A stretch of 56,771 nt of DNA, the filler included, from Platydemus manokwari (Eukaryota): NCBI GenBank assembly GCA_037951405.1. It is 5 parts of 5 records of this genome, joined end to end, with 100 filler letters (N's around TTAATTAATTAA, not from the genome) between each part and the next. Parts side by side here need not be neighbours in the genome. Positions count along the whole stretch, not along the records: positions 44,591 to 56,771 come from JBBMOY010267782.1; 4 more parts are not named here. One strand, written 5' to 3'. Position 1 is the first letter of the stretch. The number at the start of each line of letters is the position of its first letter. Both the position numbers and the translations under genes were made by a program. Below are positions 53,835-56,771 of the stretch, one piece after another. Below the pieces are notes generated by a model. That model ran no database searches and was not told the origin of the DNA. It saw only the letters and a list, made by a program, of their open reading frames with translations.

Positions 53835-56294
53835 TTAATGAACTAGAACTTGATCCCAATTGATAGGAACTGAATATACTTCTTGTTCCAACCATTGTTC
53901 ATAATTTTGTTTGAATTCATCACTGAGAGCCACTGGTTTAGACAACACACTGAGTAAACTCTTATCAACAGCCACGAAATCTGGATCGAGATCTTCTCCA
54001 CCATAGCGTCGACTATTAAAGCGATTCACATTAGCACGCAAACTACATTCTTCAGCCTGAAAATCCCATGGACGTGCATCAACATCTAATAGAATATCCA
54101 TCAACACCCAACAACATCATTGCCTTCTTAATCTAACCATTTCCATAAGCCCAATCATCAGTCAATCGATGTCGCACCTTTTGGTATATAGCGGACATGA
54201 TTTGCATATTTGATTTTCTCCACTGTCTTCCGAAATATCTGGTTTGTGATTTCAACAATTTTAATACATATAATTGTAACATGGCCTGTCGCACTTTAAG
54301 AGCTCTTTTAAGAATTGGGGCCGATTTAAAGACTACCATCATCTGTATTTTCATGAATATTTAATGGAATAATAGCTTGTATAGATCTCTCACCATAGTT
54401 CTAGAATGTTTCCATTTCGTAAGCATATTAAGTATTCGTAACAAATTAATGCATGAGAACACATTACGCCAACAATATGAGCCCTGTTCATTAGCTTCCT
54501 AACATATCACATCAATAATAACCAACAAGTTTCCATATCAAATAAAATATCAAAAAATAAAAATAATTATACAATGAATATTTTCTTGAACAAAACATTA
54601 TCAATTGAAGTTATTATTTTTAATGTAATAATAAAATAATTTCACTAATTTTTTAAAGAAATAAATGTTATAGAAAACGTAATATTTAGAAATTCAATAT
54701 TGGCTGCCGAATCTCAGAATAGTGATCACGGAAAAAAACTGAACGAAATATTCTGAGCCTAATTCTAAAACACAATTGCAAATATCTACTTCTGTAGTAC
54801 TTTCAATTTAGGCGTTTATTAAACTATCAATTTTGTTACACACACAGACACGCACATATGTATATATATATGTGTGTGTGTGATTTTGTTGGAAATTTAT
54901 TTCGTATAAATAAGCAGTTCGAAATGCAACCAGATTACAACAGCTTTTTCAATCCTAATGTTTTAACATGATGATCACCGGTACTTAAAGTTATTTTAAT
55001 ATTATTTTGTTTTTTCTTAAGTACAATGAAACAAAATAAAAACCTGAACTTTATAATGTAATAATATTATATGAATTATATGCTAGTCACTGGACACAAA
55101 TGAATGGATTATTGTATCAGTAATCAATGTGTTTAAGTCGTTCATCGGAATTCCAAAATATCACAATAAAAAATACTCGATCGGATAAATATTATTGATT
55201 CTTTCCAGTCTGATATAAATATCTATTTTATACAAATTTTTCAAAATTGATCACTCAAATAAAGTTATCAATTGAATACCGTATGGAAGGAAAATTACAA
55301 CATAAGAATTCATTAATTTTACATTGATATTAATAAACATTATTTTTATAAAAGTACTCAAATTATCGTCAAGCATCAATAACACTCGAACAGATGGCAT
55401 TGATCCAAACAATCGATAATATCAATTTTTTGAATAAATTATTATAACAAATCGATAATGATAGAAATAATCAATAAAATGAAAGTAAAGATATTTAATT
55501 ATTTTTTCCACGAAGTTGAAAGTGAAATATATTATCATTATTATTGTAATAATATTAAGTAAACAATTACTGTAATAATAATAAAACATTTGAACAAATA
55601 TCAATAAAAATCAAATAATATTATAAAATATTGTTTACCATTAACAAATAAATAGGATTAATGTGGAAATAATGGATAAATATTAATAAAAATCTTAATA
55701 ATTTCATGATATTATATAGGTAATGTTATGATAAAAATGCTCACCAAAGTTTCAGCATTCAATTCTGAACAATCCCCAATAACACATGCAGGAAAATCAA
55801 TAGATTGAATGCTAAATATCAGAAACAAATTAATCATCCGATTTCAATAATTCAATCAAATCCGTACGAATTTTTCGCTTGTACGTAATTAAGAATATTT
55901 TGATTGAAAAACTTGAGAACCAGAGGGATACAATTGGCGAAAACGAGATGTTGAGAAATATATTCAAACTGAAAGTGATGATAAACAACAAAACGATAAT
56001 AATCTATAAATTAATCCAACTTGATAAATATGATTAAGCTTGAATTGTTTCAATAACAATAATAATAAACCAGAAATTGCTTTGACAATGATTTCTTTAT
56101 GTCGATTGACATCATAATTCAATTTAATGGACTGCACAACAGTCGTTCTAAAGGAAACCATTAAATCAGCTAGCACACACACACACACTCTATTACGGCA
56201 TCTCATCTGGCACTACTTCTGTTAAAATGTTGATAGATTCAGTTTTAGATTTCGATGTTGGAGCAGCTGCCAGAAGTATTTTCAATAATGCTAT
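53835..56294 (-). CDS. STRIP1: Striatin-interacting protein (FAM40/Far11 family), 3' exons
   Basis: Phase-consistent exons 56197-56294, 56021-56147, 55868-55968, 55745-55811, 54394-54498, 54138-54342 and 53835-54085: IALLKILLAAAP, RHKEIIVKAIS, FSCINLLRILNMLTKWKHSRTMMMVVFKSAPILKRALKV, AIYQKVRHRLTDDWAYGN, DARPWDFQAEEC. Confidence 0.95.
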
Positions 56295-56771
56295 CTGATA
56301 AAAATGATTCAATAAAGCATTTTTCAATGATCTCCATTACATTTGTTCAATGGATATTGGTGAAATTGTATCAATATATTTAACGGTTTTTTAATGAAAT
56401 TTTTATCAAAACATATATTTAACAAATTTATTGGAGCAAAATGTTAAATATGATTAAGAAAAAACATTTTAGTTTTACAAATAATTTACATATTACCAAT
56501 ACTAAAGGATAAAAATAATAATTTTTCTTGTGAATCTATTTCATGTTAATCGAAAAAGAAATTTTAATCAACTCTTAATGAAGCTTTTTGTAGAAATAAT
56601 ATGAGATACAAGCATAGCTTAAGGTAAAAATCTCATAAAGTTTCCTAGGAAAAGATATTAAAGATATTAAACAATGTATAATCTTATGTGATCATCAAGT
56701 GATTTCATTAATATTTTCAAAGGAAATAAAATACATAAAATAGTTATTGAAGATTTATTAGAAATTAATAA

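Noticed and set aside
1-56771. CRISPR arrays, tRNA, rRNA or prokaryotic systems
   Set aside because: Eukaryotic spliced genes throughout; no repeat-spacer array or recognisable RNA gene seen

Overview
AT-rich, intron-containing animal DNA. Short introns of about 45-70 nt, base composition and gene content suggest a planarian or other flatworm (inference). The window is five contigs joined by artificial 100-nt linkers (N44-TTAATTAATTAA-N44), so adjacency across gaps is unproven. Genes on the minus strand: the middle part of an axonemal dynein heavy chain (DNAH6-like), a compact neuropeptide precursor releasing ILYW/IIYW tetrapeptides, tRNA dimethylallyltransferase (TRIT1) with no usable ATG, selenoprotein F with an in-frame TGA and a clear SECIS, and the 3' part of STRIP/FAM40. 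Genes on the plus strand: a multi-exon sushi/CCP-domain type I membrane protein with a damaged 5' part, and a divergent intronless otopetrin. Between genes lie Tigger/pogo, hAT, RLE-type non-LTR and foldback element remnants. The most notable observations are the [IL/II]YW prohormone, the possible spliced-leader-donated start codon of TRIT1, and the recoded selenoprotein that the ORF track truncates.
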